From Octopus vulgaris (lineage: Eukaryota), in NCBI GenBank assembly GCA_951406725.2, contig OX597817.1, forward strand, positions 87,936,001-88,060,000: a stretch of DNA of 124,000 nt, in the 5' to 3' direction. Made by a program: the position numbers and the translations under genes. The notes under the pieces were generated by a model that ran no database searches, was not told where the DNA came from, and was given only the letters and a program-made list of their open reading frames with translations. Numbering within the stretch: position 1 is the first letter of the stretch; each line of letters begins with the position of its first letter. This document shows positions 44,665 through 61,000 of the stretch, one piece after another.

Positions 44665-47600
44665 CTGAAAACAAATACAAATTATTATTACACACCAATT
44701 AATTATATTTCATTAACAAGTATACATGCACACAATGGCATACACCTGTATATGAGTATGAGAATATTCTTAAATAGAGTTGAACTTCTGTAGTGACTTG
44801 TGATAATAAACTTGAATTCAGCTTTCAAAAGCACTCTAGTAAATAGCTTTGAATGCATGTGCAAAATTATATGAGCTCCGTCATAAATTTACTAAACTGG
44901 AGGCAGCCAATCTATGTTCTACTTCAGACCTCTTCATTCTAGTCTTTGAAGTAATATATCATCATCATTATTATTGTTTAATGACAACTTTTAGATATTT
45001 GCATGGGTCAGATGGAATTTGTTGCAGATATTCTACCATCACAATGTCAATACTTAACACACAAACATATACATATATTTACATACACACATATATATAT
45101 CAGGCTTCTTTCATTTTCTGACTACCAATACTTTCATCAAACTGGGGCTACAGTGGGAGACACTGGCCCAAGATGTCATGCAGTGGGACTGACCACAAGA
45201 CCACATGGTTGAAAAAAAGTTTAACAATATGGCCATATAAATACATACACATATATACCTACACATATATACACATATACATAATATACAAATATATGTA
45301 CATGCATATATACATATGTATATCTGTATACGTATGTGTGCCTATATATGCATGAATACAAATATATATATACACACACACACACACACATATAAATATA
45401 TATATATATACACACGCATTTTCCTTTACTTGTTTCAGTTACTGGACAGTGGCCATGCTGTGGCCTTGAAGAGTTTAGTCATTCCTAGTAATTTTCCTTT
45501 TAAGCCTAATACTTATCTTTTCAGTCTCTTTTTGCTGAAACATTAGGTTTCAAGGTCATAAACAAACCAGCACCAGTTGTCAAGTGATGGTGGGAGACAA
45601 AGACATACATACATACATACATAGATATACATAAGACATGCTTCTTTCACTTTCCAGCTATCAAATCCAACCACAAGGCTTTCATCAGTCTGAGGCTACA
45701 GTAGAAGACACTTGCCCAAGGTGCCATGCAAGATGACTGAACATAAAACAAAATGAGATGGACAAACTAGGATGAACAAGGAATACATCCATCTAATTTT
45801 GTTTTGTTATGTTTTGGTCATATTCCCAACAAGTTCTCTTGCTGGTTACCTCCAGGGTGGAAGTAATATTATCAATAATGGCATGAAATTGCGCCTGACC
45901 CCCGCTGACCAATAACTGATGAGGAGTTGGTGACCTTCTGTGTTTGTTCTCTGTTCATCTGTGCATTTAGTGTATGGTTTTCGACTTGACCTTCTGTGTC
46001 TTTTTTCCGTTTGTTTGTTTATTACTATACATGTTTGACTTCTGAAAATATTATAGGCGTAGGAGTGGCTGTGTGGTAAGTAGCTTGCTTACGAACCACA
46101 TGGTTCCGGGTTCAGTCCCACTGCGTGGCACCTTGGGCGAGTGTCTTCTACTATAGCCTCGGGCCGACCAAAGCCTTGTGAGTGGATTTGGTAGACGGAA
46201 ACTGAAAGAAGCCCGTTGTATATATGTATATATATATATATGTGTGTGTATGTTTGTGTGTTGTGTTTGTCCCCACCAACATCGGTTGACAACCAATGCT
46301 GGTGTGTTTACGTCCCCGTAACAAAAGAGACCGATAGAATAAGTACTAGGCTTACAAAGAATAAGTCCTGGGGTCGATTTCCTCGACTAAAGGCAGTGCT
46401 CCAGCATGGCCACAGTCAAATGACTGAAACGAGTAAATAGTGCAATACACTCCTTATTTTTGACCTATACACACACACACAAATACATAAATATATATAC
46501 AAGCATTAGTACAAGAAAACTATTATTGTTCTTAAATCTCTCAATGAGAGATATTCAGTAGCAGCACTTGAAAGTAACAACGATTATTTGCCAATCTAAT
46601 GTGGCAGTCCCATTTGGGGTGAATGCTATATGACACACAATCTGTGTCCTTTATAGACATGCATCACATCAGATTGGCAAATAATCGTTACAAGAAAACT
46701 ATTATCACCAAACTCCATTATTAAGGGAAAAGTATGCCTTACTTGATGGACAAAGTAGACCTTCTGCCTAAACCAATAGCTCCAAGGATACCAGTTGTGT
46801 CTTTATCTTCAGCCAATGGAGTCAACATGTGAATGAATGCTGATAGTATCTGTGCAATGTCTGTAGTGGAACAAGTCTTATTCTCCAGTTGAGAAATCAT
46901 CTGACAAAAGCATTTGTGCCACCACAGTAGCATTTTTCCTTCATTGTCACTACTAAAGAGATAAGGAAAGAAATTTAACAAAATGTCAAAACTGAAAGAT
47001 GTACATTTTGAAAAATGTAGAATGTAGGATTAAGAGAATGTTGGAAACAGAATGTCTCCTGTAAGCTTGTATACAAGGGGGTACTGAAAAGTTCTTGGCT
47101 TTAAGGGTATCACAAAAGGCCTGGTTGGAGGCCCAATCTTCTGAGTTCTTTTCCAGGGCTTAGAAAAATTGAAAGCCTACTGCAGTAGGTGTGTGACTCA
47201 TAATTAATTGCAATAGGTGTGTGAATGATAATAAACTGATCCTCCTGTATTTTCTTTTACCCAAAGCCAGGAACTTTTCAGCATCCTCTCATTGTAATAG
47301 AATTACTTTCCAATTGAGATAGAGCAGATAAATACACTGATGTTAGTGAAATGCCAAAAGTGAAAATAATAAAATTTTGCATTAAATAGTAAGTTAAAAT
47401 TTTTGACAATCAATCAAAATATTTCTTTCAAATTTTGGCACAAGGCCAGCAATTTTAAGAGGAGGGGGAAGTTGGTTACATCAAACTCAGTACTTGACTG
47501 GTGAAAAGCGTGAAAAGCAAAGTCAACTTCGGCAACATTTGAAGTCAGAATATAAAGTGTTGGAGGAAATGCTGCTAAGCATCTTGTGCAATCAACCAAA

Positions 47601-50600
47601 ATATTAGTTTTAAATTTTGGCACAAGGCCAGCAAGTTCAGGGGAGGGGTAAGTCAATTACAACGACCCCAGTGATCAACTGGTACTTACTTTATCGACTG
47701 CAAAAGGGTGAAAGGCAAAGTCGACCTCAGTGGAATTTGAACTCAGAATGTAAAGACAGACGAAATGCAGCTAAGCATTTTACTCAGCATGCTAATGATT
47801 CTGCTAGCTCACTGCCTTCCAATCAACCAAAATATTAGTATTTAGAACTTTTTATCAGATTGAAATAGACTCAAAAAAATGGAAGGCTTACCTAGATTTT
47901 CCTTTTGTACTCCATTCCAGCACTTTCCAAATGACAGCTTGTTCTTCACTACAGTCAGTTGCTGAGGAGAGCTGTTGTAGGAGGTAAGCATGGAGTGTCA
48001 GGAATGCACCTTGCTGTAGACATTCTTCAAGAAATTCAGCCAGGTTCAATTCAGGAATTTGAATATTTAACAAAATAATGTCCCAGTTACTCTTTTGGAA
48101 GCTTCCATCTGTTTGAGATTTAATAAAAGATGAATGCAGATTTAATCATATGAAGCTAGCAGTATGCAGTAAATTATACCTATACATGTATGCGTACATA
48201 TTTTGAACACATAAACACAAATACTCAAAGATAAATAGTTTGGTTCATTAACTATATCATATAACAATAGAACTTCAGTAAAAAAAAAGAACCTATAGCT
48301 TATAAACCAATGGAAGCAAGCTTTATCTGTTGCCTTCAGTAAGGCAGGAACATTCTTCTTTGTAAGAAAATGTAGAGAGTTTCATGTAGTGATACAAGAT
48401 ATTGTGATTACAGAAACAGTGCAAGAGGCATGTAGATAGATAATGTCTGTGTGGAGTGTAAAAGAAGGGTGAAGGCTGGTAGCGAGTGTTGTTACAAGTG
48501 ATAGTAAACAGATTATTAATCTACAGAAGAAAGAGTATAGGAGACTGAACCAAATCCTGACACAAACCAGAGTTAATATAATGGGGGTTGGGGAGAGAAC
48601 CATATTGATATATATATATATATATATATATACATTATGATGAAGCACTGAAGTGGAAAGAATCAAAGGAAGATAACTTTTTCACATCAAGCATAAGTAT
48701 GAAAATTCTGCTGACATCAAGATAAACAACATTACTTTTGCCAAATTGCTCAAATACAAAATACCCATGTCCAGAAAATTCACTGTAAACATTTTTGCAA
48801 TGGGAAATTTCACCATAAAGAAGGCACGTAAGCAGACTGTAAACTAGATAACTCATTTTAAAGAAATTATCTTTTGCTAATTGGTAGGTTAGTTGATGAA
48901 GCAGCCATTTTTAAAAAACAGCTATTTTTTTTTTTTTTTTTCAATTTACTTTTTACTTTTTTTCCAACATATTTTCCTGCAGTTAAAATGTTTATGATGA
49001 ACTTTCCTATAACCCAAAATACCTGCCAGTCTGTTATGCAAAAGGAAGTCTTCAGTATTACCCTTAATACCCACAAAATACAATTTATCATGAGACTCAA
49101 CACCTCATTGGCAGATTTACTGATTTAGCATCATATTTAGATTTATAAATGTTAAGAAGATAATTTTTTGTATTAACTAACCTGAAGTGAAATAAACATC
49201 AACACATTTCTCTAAAATTTGTACAACATTTGTAAGACTAGCCAAAGAACGACAAGCAGCAGCAATGGCTGGCATTAATAGTATGCTGTGGATGGAGGAC
49301 TCTAACCAGCTGTAAATGGTACTGGTAATTAGTTCACTGATTGTTCCTTCTGGATTACAATTATTCAAAAGACTATACACAGTTTTCATCATCTCCACGG
49401 ATTCCTCATTTTGCACATATCGATCAGCAACTGGAAATATATTAGTAGAATAATTAGAGTTTAACAATAAAACATTACAGTAGAACAATATGTAGTAACA
49501 GTTATAGTACATCAATGCTAAGAGATAACCACTTAATTGTAAACAAGCACCCGGGTGCACTACGACTCAGCAGCAAAGATTAAAAGAGGAGACAGCAGCC
49601 ATTTGTCAAGTAAAGACAACAATGAAAGCTAAACGTGCATGCAAACTAGCCAGAATAAAACATAAACAGATACTAAAAGAGCCATAAAGAGGAAAGATTA
49701 CATAAGACTTAAGATTTCACCAATTTGGTGATGCAGCTTGTGAGACTGATTGGACAGTGGTAGACAGGGATGGTGTAGTTGCTTTTTTTCAAACAGGGGA
49801 ATAACTCTTGCAATTTTCCATACATCTCTCCACAAGTAAACAGAATTGCAGAATAGTTTGACAATAAAGCATTATAGAAGAACAGTATGTAGTACCAAAA
49901 TAGTACATCAGTACTGTCAAATAATCACCCAATTCTTATACATCTCTCTACAAGAAGTAAAATTTCAATATCTAGACAATCAATTTAATTTATATGAAAT
50001 CATTACTTAGCAGCAACCTGACACAAACATTAACCAAATTTAATTAAACATAATGTTTTATTTTGTTTTGAATCTTTATTTAAGCAAGTTATATAGAGAC
50101 TTTAGGATTAAATGCTGAGATTAAATAGAAAATTAAAGAGAATTTAAGTGCCATATATTTCTGAAATGAGTTTCTCACTGAAATAAAGCTGAAATGAGTT
50201 TCTCACTTAAATGATTTATATATGAAAAAGAAAACTTCCGGTCTTATTTAATAAATAATAATAATAATAATTGTGTACAGTGCTCAGGTGCACTACAACT
50301 CATCTAAAGTGTATATATAATCAGGTGTAGTTTCGGCGGATTTCGGAAAGCATGAGGGCCTTAAAAGATGCAGTGTCATGGCAGTCAACAACTGACGCAG
50401 GCAGTTTATTCCATGCTTCAGCAATTCTGAGCGTGAAAAAATGTTTCCGAAAGTCATGGGAGCTGTATTGTTTTCTGACTTTGTAGGCATGTCCACGTGT
50501 GTTAGACACATCTCCATATTGTCACTATTTCATAAACTATTAAATGTGACTCAGATAGATAGGTTGTTTATTAATAGAAGAATCATTAATGCTGTGAATA

Positions 50601-53600
50601 TCTTATCAAAAATACTTGCAATGGCTCAGGTGACTTAACTATAAATAAATACTATGGACAGGTTCCACATACTACTAGAAACCTCAAGAGACAGGCAACA
50701 CAAACTACTCAGCCCTCCTACTTACATATCTACAAATATATATCGCTGAGCACATATACACACACACACACAGCTGCAACTATTGGTTACCATTCTATTT
50801 TGCACATAGATAACATCTATGTCTACTGTCTCCTATCCTCTATTTAACAGTAAGCACCTGTGGATTTATAAAATAACCAAACAATTTCAAAACAACTTGC
50901 TACACAAACTTATTAGGAATTTACATTGATGAAAAGAAATCAGTTTCTCCTTCCTTACCTGCCATCTCAACTGTTTCTATTTCAGTCAAGATATTAAGGA
51001 TGCTGTTACTGAATGTTTCTTCATTTATATCATCCTGGTAAGAACACTGGCAGAGAAGCTGGATCACGCAGTACACATAACCAACTCTCTTCTTACTAAT
51101 TTCACTGTTCCAATGAGCAGAACTGTCACAGTCAAATTTTGAGGCAGATTTAATCAAGCTAGAAATAGAAATGAATTTCTCTTTAAAGACAAAATTTCAA
51201 AAAGAAACAAATTTAAACATAAGTTATTGATACTGTATTGCAAAGAACAAGATTAACTGATTGGTATGCAATAGCTAACTTATCAATCATAAAATAATGG
51301 TTTCAAATTCTGGCACAAGGCTATCAATCTTAGGTGAAAGGATAGTCAATTACATCAATGCAAGTGCTCAGCTGGTACTTATTTTATTGACCCTAAAAGG
51401 ATGAAAGGCAAAGTTGACCTCAGTAGATCAATCATAAAATCTTTCTTAGGATTCTTGTAGAAAACGGGATGACAATTTTCTACAGATCAACAATGTGTAT
51501 CTCAATTCCAATATCCTTCACTGTCTTAGGTAGCAGTGTGGGTGTCATTCTAAGTGCATTAATTACCACAGAAAAGTTTTTCACCTTTGTGTTCCATAAT
51601 CTCTACAACTCTCTGGCTAGGTCCCGATATTTCTCACTTTCTTGGGTATCTACTCTATGGTATTGAAAACTTATGATCTTACACTGTTTTTCTTTTTTCT
51701 CCTTTTGTCATCTACAATTATATCTGGCTTTCTTACTTCAATAGTATAGTCAGTTTTTATGAAGATATCCCATAAAACCTTCTGATTGTTTTTCACTATC
51801 ATAATCTTTCTAGCTTGTGTTCATATCACTTTTCTGTAACTATGAATCCACACTTGGTTAACATCTCAATGCACTCTTTTACCAACACAGTTATGCCTAC
51901 ACCTATATTCTTTTTCTGAACTCGCTTAAGACATAGTTAATACTTTCATCTCCTTCAACACAGATTCTGCATTTGCTTTCTGTCTGCAAATAAAGCAGTA
52001 TCATCAGCATACTCCCCATTTTGTCATGGTTAAATGATGACAGATAGTAGATTTTGTAAGAGTGAAACTAAGTTTTTAAATTTTGTCAAACTAAGATACA
52101 AAAGCCATAGTCCAAGTTGACAACAACTGAGAATGATGTAAATGTAGAAGATATTGGTCTAGATGCCAATGCCTCAAAGACAGCAATACATCTGTTACAA
52201 TCAACAGTATTCAATAAGCACAATGAAGCAAAACTCTCTAAAATCAGCAAAGGCCTTTATGTATTTAGGGAATAACATTGCATCTTCAGAAAACAATGTG
52301 AAAATTCATTTTGTGAAAGCATGAACTATTGATGGCTGCAAAGTCATCAGGAAGTCATTGCTTACTGATGATTTTAAGAGAATCTTCTTCCATCTTACTG
52401 AGGAATCAGTGATATTGAATGGGCCCAGTGCTTGAACACTTACCAAACACCTGGGAGCAAGGTTTGATGGTGCTTACATCTGCATTTTATGTGCCATTCT
52501 GAATATCTCATAAAAAATGCATCTGACCAAAGAGACAGTATGGCAATATTCTTGCAATTATTCAATGCAATTAGAGAGAGAGAGGTATTTGTTTTGTAGG
52601 ACATTACTAGAGAGCTAAGCAAGAACTTGTTAATGATATTCTCTATGGACACTCTGACAGGGATATACATGGGTTGATTGGCCAATTAAAACCTTGATTG
52701 ACCAGCTCTGTACAAACACATGTACCCCTTTTTACCTGCTGATTGCTATAGGGCACCGATGATCAAATCAGGCCAAACCACATCAAGTTTGAACTTATTC
52801 CAATAATTTTGGATGTTTTTAAAACACAACTGATAGAAATAATCTTCATTTTGGATTTTATACTGTATGGGGGGTGTTGAACTATTTACATGTCTACCTC
52901 ACATTGGTGTAAGACAAAGTCAGTTTTTTTAAAAATTGATTTTTTTTAACTGTGTAATAATTCAATGAAGCCCACCTGTTACATAGGAACTGACACCACT
53001 TTAAAAAACACACACAAATAAATTAATAATTTTGAACAGAGCAAGAACGCTGCCCAACAGACAAAACCAAAACCAAATAACATTACACAGGGAGACTTTC
53101 TAAATGCAGGGAATGAAACAAAGGATAACATTTCAGAAAAACCAAAAAACCAGTAGCTTGATAAATAACATGTTTGACAACATTTATATACACACCCCAA
53201 AAAAAGATACACACATCATCAAACAAAAGCTTTGAATGCAGGTCACACCCTGTCACTGGCAAATGCACTTGTAAATGAAAGCACTTTTATTTTCACGAAA
53301 ATAACAAATGCATGGCAACATTATGTCACAAGAACAAGTGCTTCTCTACCTGAAACTATCACTCAGGCATGAGAGAAAAGGAAAATAACTTACCTATGCT
53401 TTGCCAATACCACAGGGGTTTTCCTGGTGCCCTCCACAAAGAGGCAGCCTTTGTAGATACATGAAGCAAAATGTCCTTCATAGGGAGAAGGAGGTCATAT
53501 AACACAACATGCATTGTTTTTAAGACTGAGGACAAGTTGAGAGCATGGGATATGACAGTAGTTAAGAGAGTAACACACCTATCAATAAATGGGTCTCATA

Positions 53601-54975
53601 GTATTTGGGACGGAGTTAGTTATAACATCAACCCTTAGCTCACAGTTACGTTTATAGCATAATTGAGGCAGGAGGGATCACTAAGTCATACTAGTCCTCA
53701 TGACTCTACAAGACCATAAAATGGTCTAAGAATTATAATTTGTGGTAGGTGTCAAAAGAAAGACTCTCAAAAACTGATTTTTCAGAAAAGAGACCCATTG
53801 GTACCCATGCAGCAGCAACAGTCATTTAAGAGCTTTCCTTCCAGCAGAGCTGAAAGGAAGAAAGCATACAAACAGCATGAACAAAGGAGATTTAGGCATC
53901 GCCCAATATTTCTCTCCATGAATGTCTCAAGCAAAAGTATTAGATGGAGCTCTTTCCACCACAGAAAAAGTTTAACACTGCAAGTTAAAAAAACACTCAT
54001 CTGTTTTACAACACTGCTGCTCTTCACAATGAAGAATTGTTGCTAAAGATTGAACTGTTTGAAAGTTAAGTATCTAAGAGACAATGCCATGATGCTGACA
54101 AGGTGAAAACTACAAACTTCAAATCTCTATCAATCATCTTATTTCTTTATTGCCCACAAGGGGCTAAACATAGAGGGGACAAAGAAGGACAGACAAAGGG
54201 ATTAAGTCGATTACATCAAACCCAGTGCATAACTGGTACTTTATTTATCGACCCCAAAAGGATGAAAGGCAAAGTCAACCTCGGTGGAATTTGAACTTAG
54301 AACATAATGGCAGACGAAATACCACTAAGCATTTTGCCTGGCGTGCTTACGTTTCTGCCAGCTCACCGCCTAAACTCTATCAATCATCTTGGCTATCTGT
54401 GACTCTCTCAGGAACAATACATGAAATAAAACTGAAATTAGCGTAAGTTGATAGCCTGACTGACATTTTATTGTTGCATTGATAAAACAATGTATCAACC
54501 ATCTTTATTAAGTTCATTTAGTAGAGTTCAAGATTCAGGATTGCGTTTTCAAAATGTTTCTTGATTTCTTCTAACAACAAGCCCTAATATATAACTGACA
54601 CATGCTGAACTCAGAGGAATCAAAATTAAAGCTGAATACAGCAAGATTTTTAACTCAGATTTAGAGGTCACCACATTTTCCTTGGTAATTGTCTTCATTA
54701 TTTAAATGATAAACCTTGACTAAAAGCAAAAATTAAAATCTCACTAACCGTAGTTCCAATGCCTGTAAAGATGACCTCTGTGCAAGAATTGCTCTTGGAT
54801 CACAGTGCTGTAGATACCAGTTGACTGACTGGCTGAAACTATTGGAATCTAAGTAATTCCAACATAACTTCTCAGCCATCATAAACATTAGTATTACTTC
54901 TTCAGTCTGGAAGGAATCAAAACAGAAAACAAACTAAAACAAACTGCAAATCAGGGGAGGGGGAGGGGAGGGAAG

Positions 54976-55045
<70 letters not shown>

Positions 55046-58000
55046 ATTTCTGCTGTAGGCACAAGGCCTGAAATTTTGGGGGGAGAGGGCTAGTCGATTA
55101 TATCAACTCCAGTCCTCAACTGATACATATTTTGAAGACCACAAAAGAATGAAAGGTAAATACAAATAAATGACCTAATGTAATACCAGACTCTCCTGGT
55201 AATATGTACATGTTTTGTCTTGGTGTAAAAGATGGGCTATCGCAAATATTCAGCTCAATATCACAGATTTGCTTGTCAGTTACTTGACCATAACAAGTTG
55301 AGCGTATCCTTTAGTGGCGGACGATATGTGCATCTTTGATCATGAGCAGGAGTATCATAGCTATGAGCTGAGAGTGATTCTTTGGGGTTTGAATAATTCA
55401 CCCCTGGAAACATGGGTGTTTCATTCCTTAAACAAACTTATTCAGAGACCTTTTAAGAGGGATGGGCTACTCAACCTGAAGAAAATTCTAACAGGGCTCT
55501 CATCTGCAAGGTCATGTGCTGTTTATTTTGATATGAAGTCACCATGTCATGCGCATATGGTTGTGATGCATGTACTCTTATCAGACGGGTAATCATGATG
55601 GGTATATTGGGCTTTATATATTTGGCACTTTGATGGTATGTGCTGTCCTTTCACTCAATAATAATGGTTTCGAATTTTGGCACAAAGCCAGCAATTTTGG
55701 TGGAAAGTGTAAGTCAATTGCATCAAACAGTGTTCACCTGGTATTTATTTTATAAACCCCAAAAGGACAAAATTCAAGTCGACCTCAGCAGAATTTGAAC
55801 TCAGAACATCAAGAAGGACAAAATGCTGCTAAGTAATTTGACTGGCATGCTAGCAATTCTACAAGCTTGCCACCTTAATAATAATAATGACAATTTTGAT
55901 CTGTAAATAATATATTTGATAATAATTTAACTATTTTTCATTTCTTTGTTTTAATATAAATGTCTCTCTTTATCAACAATTACTTTATTGTTTGTAAAAA
56001 AAGATAGAATAATAGTGTATAGCCAATACAACCTGGTATATAACTGGTATACATTTATGCACCCTAAATGATATGAAGAGACATAAGAAATTGAGCTCAA
56101 TATTATCAAGATTTTCATATATCACCAGATATGTATACATGGAAAATACTTACAAATGATAAAAAACTTTCTTTATCATCTCCAGCAAGTTGCAAGAATA
56201 AATGGAAAAGATGTGCAGCAAACTTGGATACAATATTTACAGGGTAATTGCTGATGAAATCCTGCATTGCATTTGCCCAGTTGACATGAGGGGCAATTAC
56301 TTTCACAAGCTGGAAGCTTTCTATGTTACCATTATCACGAATCTGTCAGATGGACACAAATACATAAGATAATTAAAAATAATAATGGCAATAATCATGA
56401 GTATTACTGCCATTATGAAATATATATAAAGCCATTCTTAGAAAACAATCAATAAATTGTTAATATTTTAAAGCATTATTGGATGATTTTAAATCACTGT
56501 AATCAAATGTACTTTTGTGAGGTTTTTATCAAATAAAAAACATATTACAATCACAAAATACTCAATCAGAAAATAAATTTTAAACCTAAAATCTTCAATT
56601 ACAAATTTTATAAACTTTATACTCTAATCAAATATTACCAACAAATTAACTTCTATATGTCGTAAATTGTTGACAATGTTACTTTTATAGATGGTCACCA
56701 CTTTTTATAGCCACGTTTTGTTACCATTTGTGTAACACTACTTTTATATCATCATCATCAACAACAATTAACATCTGTGTTCCAAGCTAGCATGGTTTGT
56801 TCAAGGCTTGCACTGAGCTCCAAAGTCTGCTTTGGCATGGTTTTTACAGCTGGATGCTCTTCCTAATACCAGCCACTTTACAGCATGGACTGGGTGCTTT
56901 TTTTGTGCTACCTGCACTACTGAGATTGTCATGTAGCTCTCAGGACTACAAACCTTAGTAGTGGTGGGGTGTCAGCTTCATGCTAGGGGATGAGGAGATT
57001 TCTATGAGCAGAGAGGGGCTACTACCAAAAATATGTTAATAATAATTTGTGATATTTTCTCAATATATTTATCATGGAAGTGAACATATCCAGATAAAAA
57101 CTGCAGTTGACTAGTCTGCCAACACAAGGTTGTTCTAAATAGTTATGCAACTTGCATGCAGGAAACACTGTTCTTTTAGACTTTATACAAACAAACTCCT
57201 TGCAGTAGAATTAGAGAATGCATGAGACAAATTCCTTTAACATTTCTGTTATTCCTCTCTAGCTCTATAAAGCTAATTAGCATCAAATAGTTATTCCTAT
57301 TCTATATGATTAATTTTATCATTAAAATGAAAATAGTAAAACAAGAGATATTTATAGTTAGAGTAAATGTAGCAAAAACCAAAGTAATAGTAAGCAGCAA
57401 GGCATACTCAGCACACACCCCCTCGGGTAGGTGGTCCTGCTCAATCTGTAGGAAAGGTACAGGTAGAAACTCCATAAGATGCACCCAATGTAAGCTATGG
57501 ACGCATAAGAGGTGCAGCAACATTAAAGGGAAATTAACAGATAAGATAGCTTTCATGTGCGGCAGATGCACAGGGGCAATAGACACAACAGACACTCAGA
57601 AAACAGATTCCATCACACTCCAGGGAGAGAAACTAGAAGTAGTTGATAGTTTCCGCTACCTGGGTGACCAAGTTAGTAGCGGAGGTGGATGCACAGAGAG
57701 TATCACCACTAGAATACGAATAGCCTGGGCAAAGTTCAGAAAGCTCCTACCCCTACTGGCGGCAAAGGGTCTCTCCGTCAGACCGAAAGGTAGATTGTAT
57801 GATGCATGTGTGCGAACTGCCATGCTTCACGGTAATGAAACATGGGCTGTGACTGCAGAGGACATGCGTAGACTTGAAAGAAATGAAGCTAGCATGATCC
57901 GCTGGATGTGTAGTGTCAGTGTGCACGCACGAGAGAGTGTAAGCATCCTGAGAGAAATGCTGGATATAAGAAGCATCAGATGTGGTGTGCAAGAGCGACG

Positions 58001-61000
58001 CTTGCGATGGTATGGTCATGTGCTGCGGATGGATGAAGAGAGATGTGTGAAGAAGTGCCACTCCCAAACAGTTGAAGGTATCAGGGGGAGAGGTAGACCC
58101 AGGAAGACATGGGATGAGGTAGTCAAGCATGACCTCAGAGCATTGGGCCTCACTGAGGCAATGGCGAAGGACCGAGATCTCTGGAGATATGCTGTGACTG
58201 CAAAGACCCGGGCTGCTTCCTGCATCAGTTCCACATAGCCCCTGCCCATTCAAAGTACCCCGGATCCCAGATAGTCCTGCTGTGCCTGAGGAGATCTGTT
58301 GAGTCAAGTACATGAACATGAACGTCGAAATAAATATCAATGGAAATAGGAGTTATGATGCCTGTGCCGGTGGCACATAAAAAGTACTATCCGAACGTGG
58401 CCGATGCCAGCGCTGCCCCGACTGGCCTCTGTGCCGGTAAGACCATCTGAATGTTGCCAGCGCCGCCCTGGCTGGCTCCCGTGCCGCTGGCACGTTAAAA
58501 GCTCGAACCGATCGTGACCAATGCTGGACCCCCCGGCCCCTGTGCAGGTGGCACGTAAAAAGCACCCACTCCACTCGCGGAGTGGTTGGCGTTAGGAAGG
58601 GCATCCAGCCGTAAAAACTCTGCCAGATCAGACTGGAGCCTGGAGCGGCCCCTGGCTTCCCAGACCCCGGTCGAACCGTCCAACCCGTGCTAGCGCGGAA
58701 AACGGACGTTAAACGATGATGATGATGATGATGATACATGCTAAGATTTAAATTAAAACTCTGTTTCTAAACAATAAATCAGATTCTTAAACAAGGGTTT
58801 TACTTACAGTTGACATTGTTTCTGCAACCTGCAAATCAATTGTAAGTTGATCCCATGGCAACAAGGCCAATTCAACATTCAGTAACGTAACACAATAAAC
58901 TGGTATCTTTCTCGATGCTAATATAGAGGTATAGAAGATCCACAGCCGTCCAAGTATGTCTTGGGTTTGTGAGTAAGCTACAGGTGATAATAAAGCTGTA
59001 AAGAAAGAAAACACAACAGTAATTAAGAGTCTTTTAGTGAAGCATTCAAAAGTAAATCAAGTGTAAAGGTACCCTGGCAGGAAGGTTTCTGATAAATGAA
59101 ATACAACCAAAAGATGTTTCATAGTATTCTGAATTAACTGGAAACCTAACGTGACAACAACAGACACCTTCTTCATAAAGAACTCAAAATGCAACTGAAG
59201 ACCTCTCCTAATCATTCTGGTTCTGATACAATACAAGTCAATAAAGCAATCCAAATATTAAAAAAAAATCTTACAAACAACCATTCAGAAGCCACATGAA
59301 AGTATTTGAAGGCAGTATTATATGTAATAAGGAGAAATTTCAAACTATAATTCCACTACCAAAGAAGGGTAAACCTCAGCACAGTCACATCCATTGATGC
59401 ATCGAGACAACATTAATCACTGATATTATATCATCATCATCATCTTTCATATCATTTAATGTCCATGTTCCATATTGGCATTAAAAGATCCACAGATATT
59501 TCAGAAAAGCCTGTCTCTACAGTAAAAAAATCTTCATTGAAAATTAAAGTTCAAGCCTATTAGTCATCATGGTAATAGTCTAGATTTTAAAAACCTGTGA
59601 GACTGACAGAATCAAAAGAAAAGTAAGTTTGTCAATGTTAGAACTTACATTTTTTTGATAATGTTTTAATCATCCATTCCTATATAGGAGCAGTTGGATG
59701 ATTTTAAATCATTGTAATCAAACGTAGAGAACATTCTAGATATAACAAAATCATAAACTTTGAGATTATTGTAAACAAAAACCAAAACAAAAAAAAAGCA
59801 GAATATCATTTTTTAATTACGATTTAATTTAAATATGTCTAATTACAAAAGTTAATTTGTGGCACAAAACAATGCTAAAAATCATAGCTAGGTAAATCAA
59901 TTACTTTACTTTCCATTCTAAATCAAATACAACAAAAACTTACATTTATAAAATGTGTGGATATATCGGATTGCATCACAGAAGTTTTGAACCATTATGG
60001 TAGCAGCCTCATGGTCACCAGCTGTCCAAGGGATCAGTAATTGAGTCTGCGCTGGTCCTTTCAATGGCCTCACCCAAGGACTGAACACATTTACTATCAT
60101 ATTCCATAAATAATCAATCACTAAAAAAAAATATAATATATAAATTATGAACACAAAAGAAAATCAATACAACATCAATACAAATCAATACATAAAACGA
60201 TAAAGTAAAGTTCCCAGCAAGAATGTGAAACAGTTTCAATTCCTAGTAATAGCCTATTCAATTTGACTATGACACTAATGAGTTTAAGTTAATCTCATTT
60301 CCTATGTTATTTACATTGGAACTAAGAGATCAATATTTTAAATGTGTTTTGTTTTGCTTTTTAACCCTTTAGAATTCAAACCAGCCATATCTGGCCCAAT
60401 TATTCTACCTGTTTTATGTTCAAACCAGCCAGATCCAGCCTCTCACACCTACCCTACAATGTCATTCTAAAGTAGACAATCACATCATTGAAACCTCAAC
60501 GCCATAAGATAATGCATGATTAATTGAAAACAATGTGAATAAATAAGCAATACATTTGATCGAGCAATCTGAATACTAAATAGAATATTTTTTGGTAAAA
60601 ATTATGATATAGTTAACTAATTTTTAGTGATATCTATTTTAACAACCTTATGAAAATGATAAAAAATAGGTAGGGAATCAGATCTGACATATACCTTAGT
60701 CAGCTTGCTTCCTGGTTTCTAAATCTGCTTGACACCTAAATTTACAAAATTAATTAAATCTTTGTTTTAGATTGCTCACTAAAAATATAGTTTTGTTATC
60801 ATCATTTGAACTGGTTTGGTATATTGCGGTTCCTGAACTGAACTGGTTTGGCATACTGTAGTCTGCCATCTTATCTATTATGCCAAACATCTCCAGATCT
60901 CATCACACCAATTCTACCCCCATCTCTTCCTTGGTCTTACCCCAACCACTGCCAGTATACAGCACATTTTTACACTGTAAATTTTATTAAGAGTTTACCA

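Noticed and set aside
46056-46130. tRNA-like sequences
   Set aside because: These are SINE heads with A/B boxes and no full cloverleaf.
52440-52685. 81-aa ORF with a GTAAG donor in an EPG5 intron; similar cases at 97337-97640 and 102750-103036
   Set aside because: Not needed for frame continuity and not EPG5-like.
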